Positions 13,445-25,924 of a stretch of DNA of 64,000 nt are shown piece by piece; position 1 is the stretch's first letter; each line of letters starts with the position of its first letter. The stretch lies in contig NC_045696.1 of NCBI RefSeq assembly GCF_009834535.1, forward strand, positions 17,114,001-17,178,000, in the 5' to 3' direction. The notes beneath the pieces were generated by a model. It was not told the DNA's origin, made no database searches, and saw only the letters and a list, made by a program, of their open reading frames with translations. The position numbers and the translations under genes are program-made. The stretch comes from Camelus ferus (lineage: Eukaryota).

Positions 13445-16400
13445 AAATCACCAGGTCTAAATGGCCCAGATTTGTTCATTTGCAAGTATATTACTAATAC
13501 CTGAAATGATACGATAAGAATTTATTTAGGATAAATCTTTGTTCCTTAATTACTGCAATTTCCCATTTAAGAGGTGACCCAGTAATCACATATCATTAGC
13601 ATCTTAGCGTAAATGAGTTATATCATTTTCAGTAATTTCATGCTAGCTGAAACAGTTCAGCCACCTACATGATTTGTTAAATTGGACAAAGAGTGGAAAA
13701 ACATCTGACACTCCTTTTACAAAAAAGTGGGGTAAACTCTATTTATGGTTCCATGAGGTCCAAGGTGGCTAAGAGAAATTTGTTTTGTCCCAGCTACTTG
13801 CCTGGAGACAGATAAAGCTGGAAGAGCAGGAATCTCGGTTCGCTTATCATTTAAAAGTTAAAAAGTTATTTCCAGGTGATATTTCATAGTCCATTTAAAA
13901 AGATTACAAATTCCTTCAGGAATCTGATCATTAATGGTTGGTTATGGTATTTTAAGGTTAAATAGTTTACAAGAAGTTTTCAGATTTATTGTATTATTAG
14001 TTTTCAATAAACTGAATGTCAATAACGGGGAAAACACTTTAAAGTTATGCATTTATGATTAGAATCATCAGAGTACTGTAAGCATCTCCAAACAGAAGGA
14101 ATCATGTCCTCCACTGGTTCCCCTCTGAAAGGGGGGATAAAACAGAAAATGTAGATGGTGGGAAACCAGCACAGCAATACCATTTCAGAAAAGCTGTGGC
14201 ACAGTAACTTTCGGAAAACTGGCAGCCACTATTTCTTGAATGAGAAATACCTATACAGTCATCTATCTCATGGTTATTTGTATTTATTTCAGTGCTTCTC
14301 AGAACAGGGTGTTGAAACCACTGCAGTCATGAATTACCTGGAACAAAAAGGCTAAAATTCAAATTTCTAATGAGACTTCATAAATCAGCAGTTCTAAATT
14401 CCCAGGTTGTATAATCTAAATTAAACCATATGAATCTTGAGTCTAATATTCATTAAGAGTTGCATGTGTGAATTAAAAAAAAAATACTGCTGTTACACTT
14501 TGTTTTACCTTCCTGGTTCAACTTTTGTGAAAGCATAGTGTTGTCTTGAGAAAACTTGATATTTGGGACACTAAAATTTAGTTTTCCCAAGCTAGGCAGA
14601 AGAGTCAGACGAAAGACAAATGATTTAAAACTGAGCATATTTGTCACAGGAAAGTTTGGTGCCTTCTGTCCTTGAAGAAACAAAATTGTCCAGTAATAGC
14701 ACAGACAGAAAATAACAGCAAAAATGTGTCCACTGCCGTTAATGAACCAAACTTTTGAAAAAATATTTTTGCCCTGTTGCTGGCCATCGGTTTTCACACT
14801 GGAAGCTTCCCCATCACACTCTGGTTCTCAGAAAAGGGTTCACCTTGACTTACAATTTTTTCTCATCACGGTTAGCTGCAGGAAATGTCAGACCAAAAAT
14901 TGTTTCACAGCTTTGCCATAAAGCTTTAGAGGAGGACCTCTCCTTTCCTGCGCTGTGTAATTTAGTTTGTAATCCTTGGAAATGCAGGTTTCAGGGGAAT
15001 AAATTCTTTGAGGAAAAAAAAAAAAAAACAACACCACATTCCTTTAACCTCTCTCTTTCATTCTGACTGGCTTTATTTATTTGTTTGTTTATTCTAACTA
15101 ATTCCAGCCTTGGGTTTCAGGTAATATTTAACCTGAGTATACGGCATTATAACAATTTTCTCATTCCCACCTCTGATTAAATCTCAAGGAATATTAGTGC
15201 TGACCTGTAAAGTTTCCCTGACAATGTTGGGACCATATCCTCAACCCTGCAAACTGAGCTTTTAACCTATTACATGGATTTGGACAGGGACCTTCAAAAG
15301 TGCCTAGAAATGCTCTCTCCCCAAATGTTCCGACACAGCATTCTGTCTAAAAAATTCAATATAGAAAATGAATATAAGCCCTTGAGCTGTGAGAGAATGG
15401 GTCAGGTTTGCCATTTTCAACTGCCTGTCTTTCCCTAATTATGTAGCTGGGCTGAGTGAGAGGCTTTAAAAATCCTCATGAAGTTCTTTTATTTAAACAT
15501 GTTATAATAAATGCCAAAGAAGTAGGGCTTGCTGTCAAATGTATACCTTCTCATTCAAATCCACTTTGCTTGTTTAACATGTTTAATTGCCACTCGGAGA
15601 TATTAGCAGACTCACTCAGAACCACAAAGGTGATTTATGACAAACACTAGCGTTCTCAGCTTCAGGCCCTTGTTTTTCCCATCGTGTCATATTAATGTTA
15701 ATGCTATCTTTTTTTTTTTTTTCCTTTGGCCAATCATTCCTTGACATAGCTTCTCTTATTTTGAGGGAAATAGTAAAAGATAAGGCACTGACATTACTTT
15801 ATTAAAGCTCAAATTAGAAAAATTAAAATACAGTGGATATTAGCTATTACACCCATAATCACCGCAGTATTTCATTAATGGAAACAGCAACCAAGCAAAA
15901 CATTAGGCAGATCCCAGAGCTAACAACTAGAGAACAGGTATCTTTTTAACAGATAAGGCAAACATTTTTACAGAACATTTGAATGAGCTTATTCGTAAGA
16001 AAGAGTTGGTCATTTACATTTCAATACACATTCTGATTATTTCCAAGACAGTGATTCTGTTTTAAGGTGATGTTCAATTTGCATTCCTGATAAGAAATCT
16101 TTTTTGAGTGGGACCAATTAAAGTTGAAGAATCACTTATATAAAAACTTTCATTTGACTCAGAAATGTGACCAGCTGAAGGAAAATAAATCTAGCTTTAA
16201 TCACACATTGAGACAAAGACAAAACAGCACAGATCTTAACTGCTTTGGTTCACAAAGATGCTGATGCTCATTTAAATCCTTTTCTGGAAAAGACAATCAG
16301 GACACTCCACATGGACTCTTTCTGGTACTTTATAGGACAATCATTCTCATTTTATACATTTGTGTAGTTTTTCTTCATGGAAAAATCAAAACATTTGTCT

Positions 16401-16508
16401 GCTAAACAGTTTATGCTGATTATTAGAATAAAGCCAAAAATATAGTTCTTTTGGAGGGTGAGATTATATTATAAATTCATGTGGAATCTTACATATATAG
16501 AGACATAC

Positions 16509-17432
16509 TTGTAGTAAAAATACATAAAATAAAATTTACCATTTTAATTTATTTTTAAGTATACTGTCCTATGGTATTAAGTGTATTCACATTATTGGAA
16601 AACCATTGCCACCATCCATCTCTAGAACCTTTTATTTTCCCCAACTGGAACTCTGAACCCATTAAACACTAAATCCCTTTTCCCCCACCTCTCTGCCCTT
16701 GGCAACCACCAATCTATTTCTATGAATATGACTGCCTTAGCAACCTAACGTAAGTAGGATCAAACAGTATGTCCATTGTGACCGGCTTATTTCACTTAGT
16801 GTGATTTCTTCAAGAATCACCCATGTTGTAATATATGTCAGAATATGCCTCCCTTTTTAAAGCTGAACAATGCTCCATTGCATGTATATACCAGATTTTA
16901 TTCATCGATGGACACTTGAGGTGCTTCCACCTGTTGGCTATTGTGAACAATGCTGATCGAACATGTGTGTATTAATACCTTTTCAAATTCCTGCTTCAAT
17001 TCTTTCGGGTTCTATACCCAGAAGTGGAATCACTGTATCGTGTTGTAATTCTATGTTGAATTTTTTAAGAAATCCCCCTACTGTTTTCAACAGTGGCTGT
17101 ACCATTTTGCATTCCCACCAACAAAGCACAAGGGATCCAGTTTCTGCAAATCTTTGCCAACACTGGTTATTTTCTGTTCTTTTTGCTGTTGTTGTTTTGT
17201 TTTGTTTTTGCTTCTTTTTGTTTGTTGGCTTGTTTTTGTTATCTAACAATAGCCACCCTAATAGCTGGGCAGTGGCATCTCATTATGGCTTTGACTTGTA
17301 TTTTCTTAATGACTAGTGATGATGGGCATCTTATCATGTGATTACTGGCCTTTCGTATATCTTGTCTGGAGAAATAACTACTCAAGCCTTTGCACATTTT
17401 TCAATCAGTTTGTTTGTTTTATTGGTGTTGAC
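16509..17432 (-). mobile_element. L1 (L1MA/L1MB-type) 3'UTR plus ORF2 C-terminus
   Basis: ORF 16983-17249(-) NNQCWQRFAETGSLVLCWWECKMVQPLLKTVGGFLKKFNIELQHDTVIPLLGI is the L1 ORF2p C-terminal motif; typical L1 3'UTR text (ccatccatctctagaacc, ttatttcacttag, catgttgta) lies 3' of it. Confidence 0.9.
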
Positions 17433-19700
17433 CATGCCTGCATCTTAGCAAATAAATACTTGGAATGAACACACTTCTACAAAGAAATAAGGATGAGGTC
17501 TCAACATCCATTCTCCTTCTTCCAATTTTCAGAAAATTTCTCTAATATAATCCTGAAGTATATTGTTATGTGAACTTATAGATAAATACTAAATGTTGCC
17601 TACACAGCATAATGTACTATTTTTCAGTGGCCAAGTGAAAATAGAAATGATTTGACTCTTTTGAAGAAACAGCTGGAAAAAAGAAGCAGGGAAAATGATT
17701 CTAACCCAACCTCTGCTCCTGACCAGCTATATCATTCTTAGAGAATTTATTGAACCTATTTCATTTTTAGTTAATTTGTATATTTAATTATTCAACTTAC
17801 GTAATACTACAAATTGTTCACAAAACAAATTGTTTAATTTGTAAAACTTGCAGTTGCCCACATTGCATCTGATTCGCTCCATCTTTGTTTCATTACTTTA
17901 CATCTTTTATGAAAACCTCTTCAGAAGTGCTCCGCAAGGTCTTTATTCAGATATGGATTTGATACAAGTATCACATATTTTAACATTTGGAACTTGGAAT
18001 TTCTTTCAATGTCATGAAACACTTTTTTAGATTTAAACAAAGAGAAGTTTTTTTTAGTGTTGAATCCATTTATTTAAAAGTACCAATACAACTACATTGC
18101 GTACCTGGTTTCAGACTGCTTGCAAGTCTGGAGATAGTCAAGTGGTTTATACCAGAGTCTTTGTGACTTCCAGTCTGTAAGGAAAAAACACTACCTGGTT
18201 GTCAACAACTCTTTTGTAAATTAAATTACTTCAGTTTGAACCGTAAATAAAAATGATATTAAGATGATGAGTGGTCAATATGCTAAAATTTATCCAATAT
18301 GTACCCTGAGAATGAAATATCTAGAAAATGCAAACAAGAATTTTGAGATCTTTTATATAGCATGCTTATCATCACCATCATCATTATTCTCCATTTGAAA
18401 AATATTTTTCACATTGTATAAATCAAAATCTTAGAATCAGGCTTAAAATCAATTCTCTGCTTTAGTATTTTTCTCATCTTACCTTTGGAAAGCTGTTTAA
18501 TTGATGGAAATTGACTTGTTTATCTGCAAACTTCCACTGAGTATTATATAAAATATTTAATACAATCAAAACCTGAACATACATTTTGAGATGACTACTT
18601 GTAGCTGAAATTTGTATATCATTAAATAGCATGTCATATGCAGTCCCTTTTTATTGCTTCATTGCACTCTTCAGTGATTTTCAAATTACATGCCATGTCC
18701 ATATTTACTTCAGTGACCAGAAAAATGAAAACAAAAAGAACAATCGTATTGATCTCTTCTTAGCCAAAATAAAACAGAGCTCACACTTCAAGGACAGAAC
18801 AGATACATGAAACTAAGAATGGGTATTTTCCCCTCAACATGACTACTTGAGAATAGGTGTTGTCAGGGCTGTAAGAGCAGCATTATTTTCATTACAGATA
18901 ATCAGCCTGTGTAGCTACTGAATTTTCCTTTGCTTTCACTTTCTAGATGGGGCTTTGATTAAGGCAGAATTTGCTTTTCAACTCAGCTCTGCAGCTCAGA
19001 AATTCTGCTGTAATTGCTACCTTAACAGTCTGCTGGGAATCTTCATTAAGAGTTAACTCAGAGGAGAAAAAAGCCTGACAACTTTAGGAGTGGAACGATG
19101 AATATCACAGAGTTCAGAATAATCTCAGAGTATGATGCCATTTTGAGAATTTTGCAGTAGAAGTATAGGCAGGATGGTGGAAGGAAAATGAAGGCAAAAT
19201 TGACTCTATTATAGGCGGGCCTCAGAATATTTTAAATTGCAAATGAGCAGAGTAATTTTAATAATGGTTAATAAGTACTGAATGTTCTTTGTGGGTCAGT
19301 CATCGGAATAGGGGGTTTGCACGGGTTAGTTTATTTAATAGAAATTGGAGGCTTATAGATGAGCAAGCTAACTCCCATAGATTAAATAGCTTCCTGAAAG
19401 TATAAATGATAACCATGAGTGTAAAGAAGAATATGATGTTTGTTCTAGTAAAGCATATTTTAGTAACTCCTATAAGACTTTCTGGAATAATTATTCTGGA
19501 CAAGCTAACCATAAACTCAATTTCTAGGACTTGAACATTTTCATACTGATTTTCTAATTTGCATTTTAGATTTGTCCAGGTATGTTTTCAAAAAATGTTG
19601 TGTTATGGTTCAAAAACATAAAACATTATCACCATCCTGAAGACCTAATAATTATTTGTATAGAAAATTCTAGATGATTGATATATCAAAATAAGTATGA

Positions 19701-19995
19701 CAGAAAACAGACATGTTTACTGGGAAGAAGTGGGTGGGAAGGGATAAACCAGGAGTTCAAGATTTGCAGGTAATAACTACTATATATAAAATAGATAAAC
19801 AACAAGTTCATACTGCATAGTACAGGAAACTATATTCAGTATCTTCTAATAATCTATAATGAAAATGAAAAATAATATGAAAAGGAATATATGTATGTAT
19901 ATATAGGACTGAAACACTATGCTGTACCCCAGAAATTGATACAATGTAAATTGACTATACTTCAACTAAAAAAATAATTACTGAAATTAAAAAAA
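19701..19995 (+). mobile_element. Lineage-specific (camelid-like) 5'-truncated L1 3' end
   Basis: gggataaaccaggagttcaagatttgcag...aaaatagataaacaacaag...gactatacttcaactaaaaaa; imperfect flanking duplication aaataagtatga / acattagtatga. Confidence 0.85.
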
Positions 19996-20388
19996 CATTA
20001 GTATGAGGGAAATTACATTACTTCACTGCTGGCTTCATATGAAAATATACAGATCATGTTCTCTGCTTAAATATCTCACATATTTTTTAGTTTCTTTTTC
20101 AAGGGAAAATGTCAATAGGAATGATTACAAAGAGTACATAGACTACAAAAAACAAAGTAAAGCACATAGCTAAGTTAAAGGCATCCCATCAATGCTTAAA
20201 TTTCTATAAATTAACCACCATGGCTGGTCCAAAAACATTCAAGACTTTCTTTCAATATTGTTTTAATATGAAACGATTTTTTGTGGAATCATTAGCTTCT
20301 GTATTCAAACAAAAAACTGCAGCTTACTTATCATACAATTATTCATTCAGTATAAGCTATCAGAATCATTGCTACTAATCCCAAGTGT

Positions 20389-20841
20389 TGTGAAGGAAAA
20401 ACCGGGCTGGTCTGACAAGATATCTCATAAGTCTAGGAATGTGAAGGAGAGGCTGGGCTGGGCTAACAAGTCTAAGTATTGGAATACTGATCTGAGTTCT
20501 GCTAGGCTAACTTGTAAATCTAGGTTAATTAGTGTTGGTTTGCTGTTTATGTGTTTTTGCTAGCCAGCTGGATTTTCAAAGATACATATCTGGCTTTGGA
20601 ATGTTGGTTTGCTGCCTCCCCGCCTCCACTTTTGTGATGATAATGCTGCTAAAGCTGTTCCATGCCTATTGGCCGAATACCCCAAGCTTGTACTTTACCC
20701 TATAAAACCTCATGTGCACATCTTGGAGGTGCTCAGAGCTTTGGAGCAGAAGCCCCTCTGAGCCCGGCGGCGTAATACATCTGAGTACTCCAACCCTCCG
20801 AGTGGTGCTTGTTTCTTGACTGGCCTGTCGTTTCCGTAACA
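20389..20841 (+). mobile_element. Young ERV1-class solo LTR
   Basis: TG...CA ends; perfect 4-bp TSD GTGT (20385-20388 and 20842-20845); TATAAAA at 20701; AATACA poly(A)-signal variant near 20774; several retained CpGs. Confidence 0.88.
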
Positions 20842-23129
20842 GTGTGAGATTTATTGTAAGAACTTGAGATATTCACATTCTCTAAAATCTGATTTTAATA
20901 AATAACCTAGAAAACTATATTTTAATTTGTCATCATTTATGATTTTATATGATAACAATACATTTATCTGTAGCATTTATTAGACTATATCTAGACTCAT
21001 TAGAGTTAATATGAGGTTTAAAAATTAAAATATTACCCCAACAAAGTGTTTTCAAGAATACTGAATCCAGTATTTAGTGCAAGTTTATAGAATTTCAATA
21101 TAGTTAAATATTAGACTAAATCTAATGGTTTTAACATTCACACCACCGAAAATTAATTGTGCTTTATGATTTAGACTCAAGGTAATCAATAATCACATTT
21201 TTATTGATTTTAAAAGATCAATAATTTTTTAAAGTAAGGATTGCATTTTTGGCAAAATTCTGTGTCCAGGTTTATGATGCACAATTTTTCTGATATCATA
21301 AAAATTACACTAATTAACAATAACAAAAATTATACTTTACAATTCCCCAAAAATAAATGTGAACAGTATAACTTGCAATCTTTTCAAAATCATTCTCAAC
21401 AAAGCTCATGAACAGAAAACTTAAAAATATTTCACAAACAGCATTGCAGAATATTATGACATAAATATTGACTTTTCAGATGGACTTAATTTTTTGAGAA
21501 TAAAGAGGTGAGCATAGTTTAAAGCAGGAGGACCCATTTAGAAGATTACAAATCTACATTATTTAAAGAAGAATAAGAAGAATTGAAATTATAAGAAATG
21601 TTAATTCTAAACCAAATAGAATAAATGTAAATATGAATTTATTAGATGGCATGAATGAGATATATGTGGTTTGAGAATTTATTTTATTAGTATTTGAAAA
21701 ATATAGTACTCACCACTTGGACAGAACTTTATTTATTGTGTTATATTCAGGTAAGCTTTAAATAGTAAAATGAGTATAATTTTCCCAAGCATGAAACAGG
21801 AGATTGTAGCTACAAATCTTGGGGATTAGAAAATCTACACTACAACATTCTCCACTTGCATTGAGTGAGCCATTTTCCAAAATTTTATAGCACAGTATTT
21901 TCTGGTATTTTTATAAGAGCAAAATCAACAAACCACTAATAAAACTATCAGGGTTTGTGTGAGTGTGTGAAAAATAACATTCACATGACTAAGCAATAAA
22001 TTTTTGAGATATTGTAGGACAGTAATAGTACTGGAAAGATACTATTAGTTTCCTACTTAAGTCCCTAATATATAGATTATGTGTATCACATAATTTTTTT
22101 CATTACCACAAGAAACCTGTTAAAGCAAAAATAAAAATCTAAGTGGACATATTTTGGTTTCAACTACTTCAGAATGCTTTTTAGGACACCGTTCCATGTC
22201 AAATTTCGAATAGTCTGTAAACTCTGTCTAATAAATTATGTTAATACCACAGAAAACTACACCTAGTCTCTTGAAAATGTAGTTATTATAAATTTTGTAG
22301 TTAAATTGTCAAAGATAACCCTATTTGCTATAACTGAATATAAAAATCATTTTCCTTCCTGTCTTTCAGTTTCTGAGCTTGCCATCTTGGGTAGAAACAT
22401 AAAGTAAAATGGTATAAAACTTGGCATTATTTGTTTTGTATTTTAGATCAAGAAAATTCTGCATAGGAAAGTTTCTGAGTTCTACTTGTCTCTTTATATT
22501 CTCTTATTGCATTCAACATTTGTACAATTTTATATTCATGTGCAAAATAGATCCTTTTTTAGAAAGTGCTATGATATGTAACTCTGTTTACAGGAAGAAT
22601 GATGGCAGTTGGAAGTAACCAATGTTTCCAGGTGACAGACAGAAGCAAGTTATATCACTTCACACCAACAAAAGTGCTTGGGGATGGTAATATAAAGCAA
22701 GTATCTATTTTTGTGTGTATTGATAGAGTCACTCTGGATTTTGGATTGGCTAGGTGGAAAAAAAAAAAACATTATATGGTGGGTTAAAAAAAGTTTTCCG
22801 GAGTTATATTGAAACTTAAGTCACTGAGCCAAAAACCACATGTAAATTTCAAGAGGCTTTTGTATAAATAGCACAACATGAAAACTTAAACTTTGTAACT
22901 GCATAATTTTGAATTATTTTTATTCTTCAAATATTGATCATTAGCTACACATGTTTAATTCAGGTAGAAAAAGTTTTGAATGATAAGAGGATTTTGTATC
23001 ATAGTATTTTATATAAAAATAAGTTAACTTATGAAATGATGACATTCAATACATTAAACTGGAAAAGAGGCCTCTATAATAATGTTGGATATCTGGTATC
23101 AGACTTTATAGCCTTGATAATAATATCTT

Positions 23130-23295
23130 ACAATAATAGCTACCTTTTATTGAGACTTCTTTGCATTTGATATCCTTGTTAAACCCTTTCCAAATATATT
23201 TTATTTAAATCTCTCCATAACACTATGAGGTAAGTAGAATAATTATTCCCAATGTGGGCAAAATAAAGCATAAATGAATTAAGTCACTTCACACA
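23130..23295 (-). mobile_element. MIR SINE
   Basis: aataatagctaccttttattgag...ttatttaaatctctccataacactatgaggtaagtagaataattattcccaat...taagtcactt. Confidence 0.65.
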
Positions 23296-23515
23296 GTGTT
23301 AGGGTCTTGGCCCCAGAAATAATGTAGCTACCCATTACTTATGTGACTTGTGCTCAAGCAGTGAATTGAGTCCTCTAAAGTGAGTAGGATATGGTGTAGG
23401 ACTTTCCTCCGAACGTTTGAGCAGGGTGTCCTGCAAGGGTGAGACAGTGACAAGGGACTACTGTTTAAAAAGAATATAATTGTCGTCTAGAGAAGAATAG
23501 ATCAGAGAGAGACAC

Positions 23516-23991
23516 TATTGGATGCAGATTTGGGTATATGAAGACCACCCAACTGAGAACAGACATTGGCCATTTATTCAGAGCTTCACATAGTGAGGGA
23601 ATCAGCCACCATCACTTGCATTTAGCAGAGACTCAAAGGCAAATGAAGGAGTAGGAAAGCTTTACAGTAAAAGCAAGGGAAATGTCCACACATGCTCTGA
23701 TTGTAAGTTGTTGGCCTGGGGATGTAGGAGGAGGACTGATGTGAAGCTGGATATCTTCTGTGATTAATTTGGGAAGCATATTTGACTTTCTAGGCTCAGT
23801 GCTGAGTTGAAAGTGTAAATGAAAATAGGGAAGCTGACAGACATAGACAAGTTCTTGACCCTTCTGTGCTGTGCTACATCCCACAGAGGATGGAGTTTTG
23901 ATTCCTGGGCTTGTTGCTACAGACGTTTTAAATCAGAGATTTATTCTCATATATGGCTTGGTCATTGTCTATTTGTATATTCAGTCTCTCA
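23516..23991 (-). mobile_element. ERV1 3' LTR (MER89-like)
   Basis: Minus strand starts tgagagactgaatatacaaatagacaatgaccaagccatatatgagaata; AATAAA at 23573-23578(-); directly preceded on the minus strand by the polypurine tract aaaagggagac. Confidence 0.7.
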
Positions 23992-25330
23992 GTCTCCCTT
24001 TTTATTTATTCTCTCAGTTGTGAGAAGTTTACCTTCAATTAATAGGTTAGAGAATCAGATCTTTGCTTGAAAATCAGTCAGTTGTCTCCATGGTAATTGT
24101 ATCAGTAGCTCTTCTCAGACGTATTGTGTTATTGTAGTGATTATCCAATAAGAGAGTAGCTACACAGAAGCATTTAAGGCTCCAGGTGGAAGACAGTAGA
24201 CTCGCACCATGATCACTATGGCAAAAACAGGAATAATGAATAGTCCCTTAAAGATAATTTGGAACCAGAAACCCTGCTGTAGACTACAAGGTTGGATTCT
24301 TCCCCCTAAATTCATATATTAAAGCCTTATCCCCAATATGCTGGTATTTGTAGGAGGGGCCTTTGGGAGGGAATTCTATCTTGAGAATGGAGCCCTCATG
24401 GTGGTAAACAGGTCATGAGAGTGGAGCCTTTATAAGAGACACAGATAAATGATTCATTCTCTGTCTCTTTCTCTCTCTCAGCCATGTGATATTACAGCAA
24501 GAAGGAAGTTATCTACAATTCAGGAAAAAGACTCTCACCAGACACCAAATCTTCTGGCATCCAGATCTTGGACTTCCCAGCCTCTGTAACCGTAAGAAAA
24601 AAAATGTTGTTTTACTCATTCAATCTATGATATTTTTGTTGTAGCATCCCAAAATGACTAAAACAAACCCCTTTTCCAATCTAGGCCAGGAAAACAAGTC
24701 CCACAGGCACTGACGATCAATTGTGGGGAGTCAAGTAACCTTTTTTTGTAAATATAATGTATAGCTTATTTTACTAATTCATCACTGTTCTCCCCTGTAC
24801 AGCATGAAATACTAACAATGGCACAAATGCCACCATGAGCAGCCAACAAGAAATCTAGAGAAACAGGACTATCCATCAATACTCATATCAATGAGTTGGG
24901 GCTGATCTGTATTCCGTGTAGCACAGAGTTGGGATTTGTTATAACTTCTTCCAGAATTAATGATAAGTTTCTTACATGTTTTCCTATTTGTGTAATTCCC
25001 ACCATGGGGAGCACTGCTCTGATTGTTTACATAACCAATGAGTCAGTAATTTCTCCACCTATAGTGCTTGAATTAAAAAATGATGACTTCATTCTGGAGA
25101 CTGCATCTGAGTCAAAATGTCCGGCTGTGATGAGTTACAGAATTATCTCTTGCACAGACAAGACTTTGATTAATGTTCCTAAAATGCATGAGTGTTAGTC
25201 TGAGGCAAATAGACCCAGACTTTCTGGTAGTAAAAAAAAGGTAGAATCTTAAAGAGACATACGTCAATCCAGGGGGAAAAAAAGTTTTCACAACAGCTAG
25301 CCAATCTAAGCCCTTCCATAAGTGAGATTA
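23992..25330 (-). pseudogene. env: Decayed endogenous retroviral env (gamma-type SU end plus TM), interrupted by MLT1
   Basis: Manual minus-strand translation of 25020-24781 gives RAVLPMVGITQIGKHVRNLSLILEEVITNPNSVLHGIQISPNSLI*VLMDSPVSLDFLLAAHGGICAIVSISCCT (ISD-like segment plus CX6CC); then LWDLFSW near 24700 and a hydrophobic GFWFQIIFKGLFIIPVFAIVIMV near 24205-24273; stops and frameshifts present. Confidence 0.85.
24275..24665 (+). mobile_element. MaLR LTR (MLT1A-type) inserted in env
   Basis: tgctgtagact...aaattcatatattaaagcc...ggacttcccagcctc...gactaaaaca; perfect 5-bp TSD AACCC (24270-24274 and 24666-24670). Confidence 0.9.
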
Positions 25331-25557
25331 CATATTTGAGTCTCTATTAATCTCTTTCAAAAAGCAAGAAATTGATTCATTTTCCTACAAAAGTTGTTGA
25401 ACTGAATTAAAGTTTTAAATGATCTAGTCTTATAAATAAATTGTTTCTACTTGGTTCTTTTGATGGAGGAGGTAGTGATAGGGAACTTATTAAAGTGACA
25501 AGTTAGAATCTCAGGGAAAAAATGGTATTCATGTCTACAATATCCATTTAAGCCTAG

Positions 25558-25924
25558 CTCTATGGACAAAATATTTGCGTCCCCTCCGAATTCATATTTT
25601 ATAACATCACCCCCAAGATGATGGTATTAGGAGGTAAAACCTTTCAGAGGTGATTAGGTCACGAGGGTGAAGCCCTCATGAATGAGGTTAGTGCCCAGAC
25701 ACAAGAGACATGAGAAAGCTTCTTTGTCCCATCCCCCATGTGACGTCATGGTGAAAAGACGGCCATCTATGAACAGGTAGCATGTTCTCATCAGACACAG
25801 AACCTGACCATGGGGGCACCCTGATTTTGGGATTCCAGCCATCAAACTGTGAGAAATAAATTCTGTTCTCTATAAGCCACCCAGTTTATGGCATTTTGTT
25901 CAACAGCCTGAATGGACTAAGACA
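25558..25924 (+). mobile_element. MaLR LTR (MLT1A/MLT1B-type)
   Basis: ctatggac...gatggtattaggagg...gtgattaggtcacgagggtgaagccctcatgaatg...ctgtgagaaataaattctg...ggactaagaca; near-TSD cctag / tctag. Confidence 0.88.

Noticed and set aside
16983..17249. ORF with a recognisable protein motif
   Set aside because: It is the C-terminus of L1 ORF2p in a truncated L1, not a host gene
24896..25198. 100-aa plus-strand ORF
   Set aside because: Antisense shadow of the decayed minus-strand env
23992..25330. Functional syncytin-like captured env
   Set aside because: In-frame stops, frameshifts, a degenerate furin site (RMKS) and an MLT1 insertion before the TM segment
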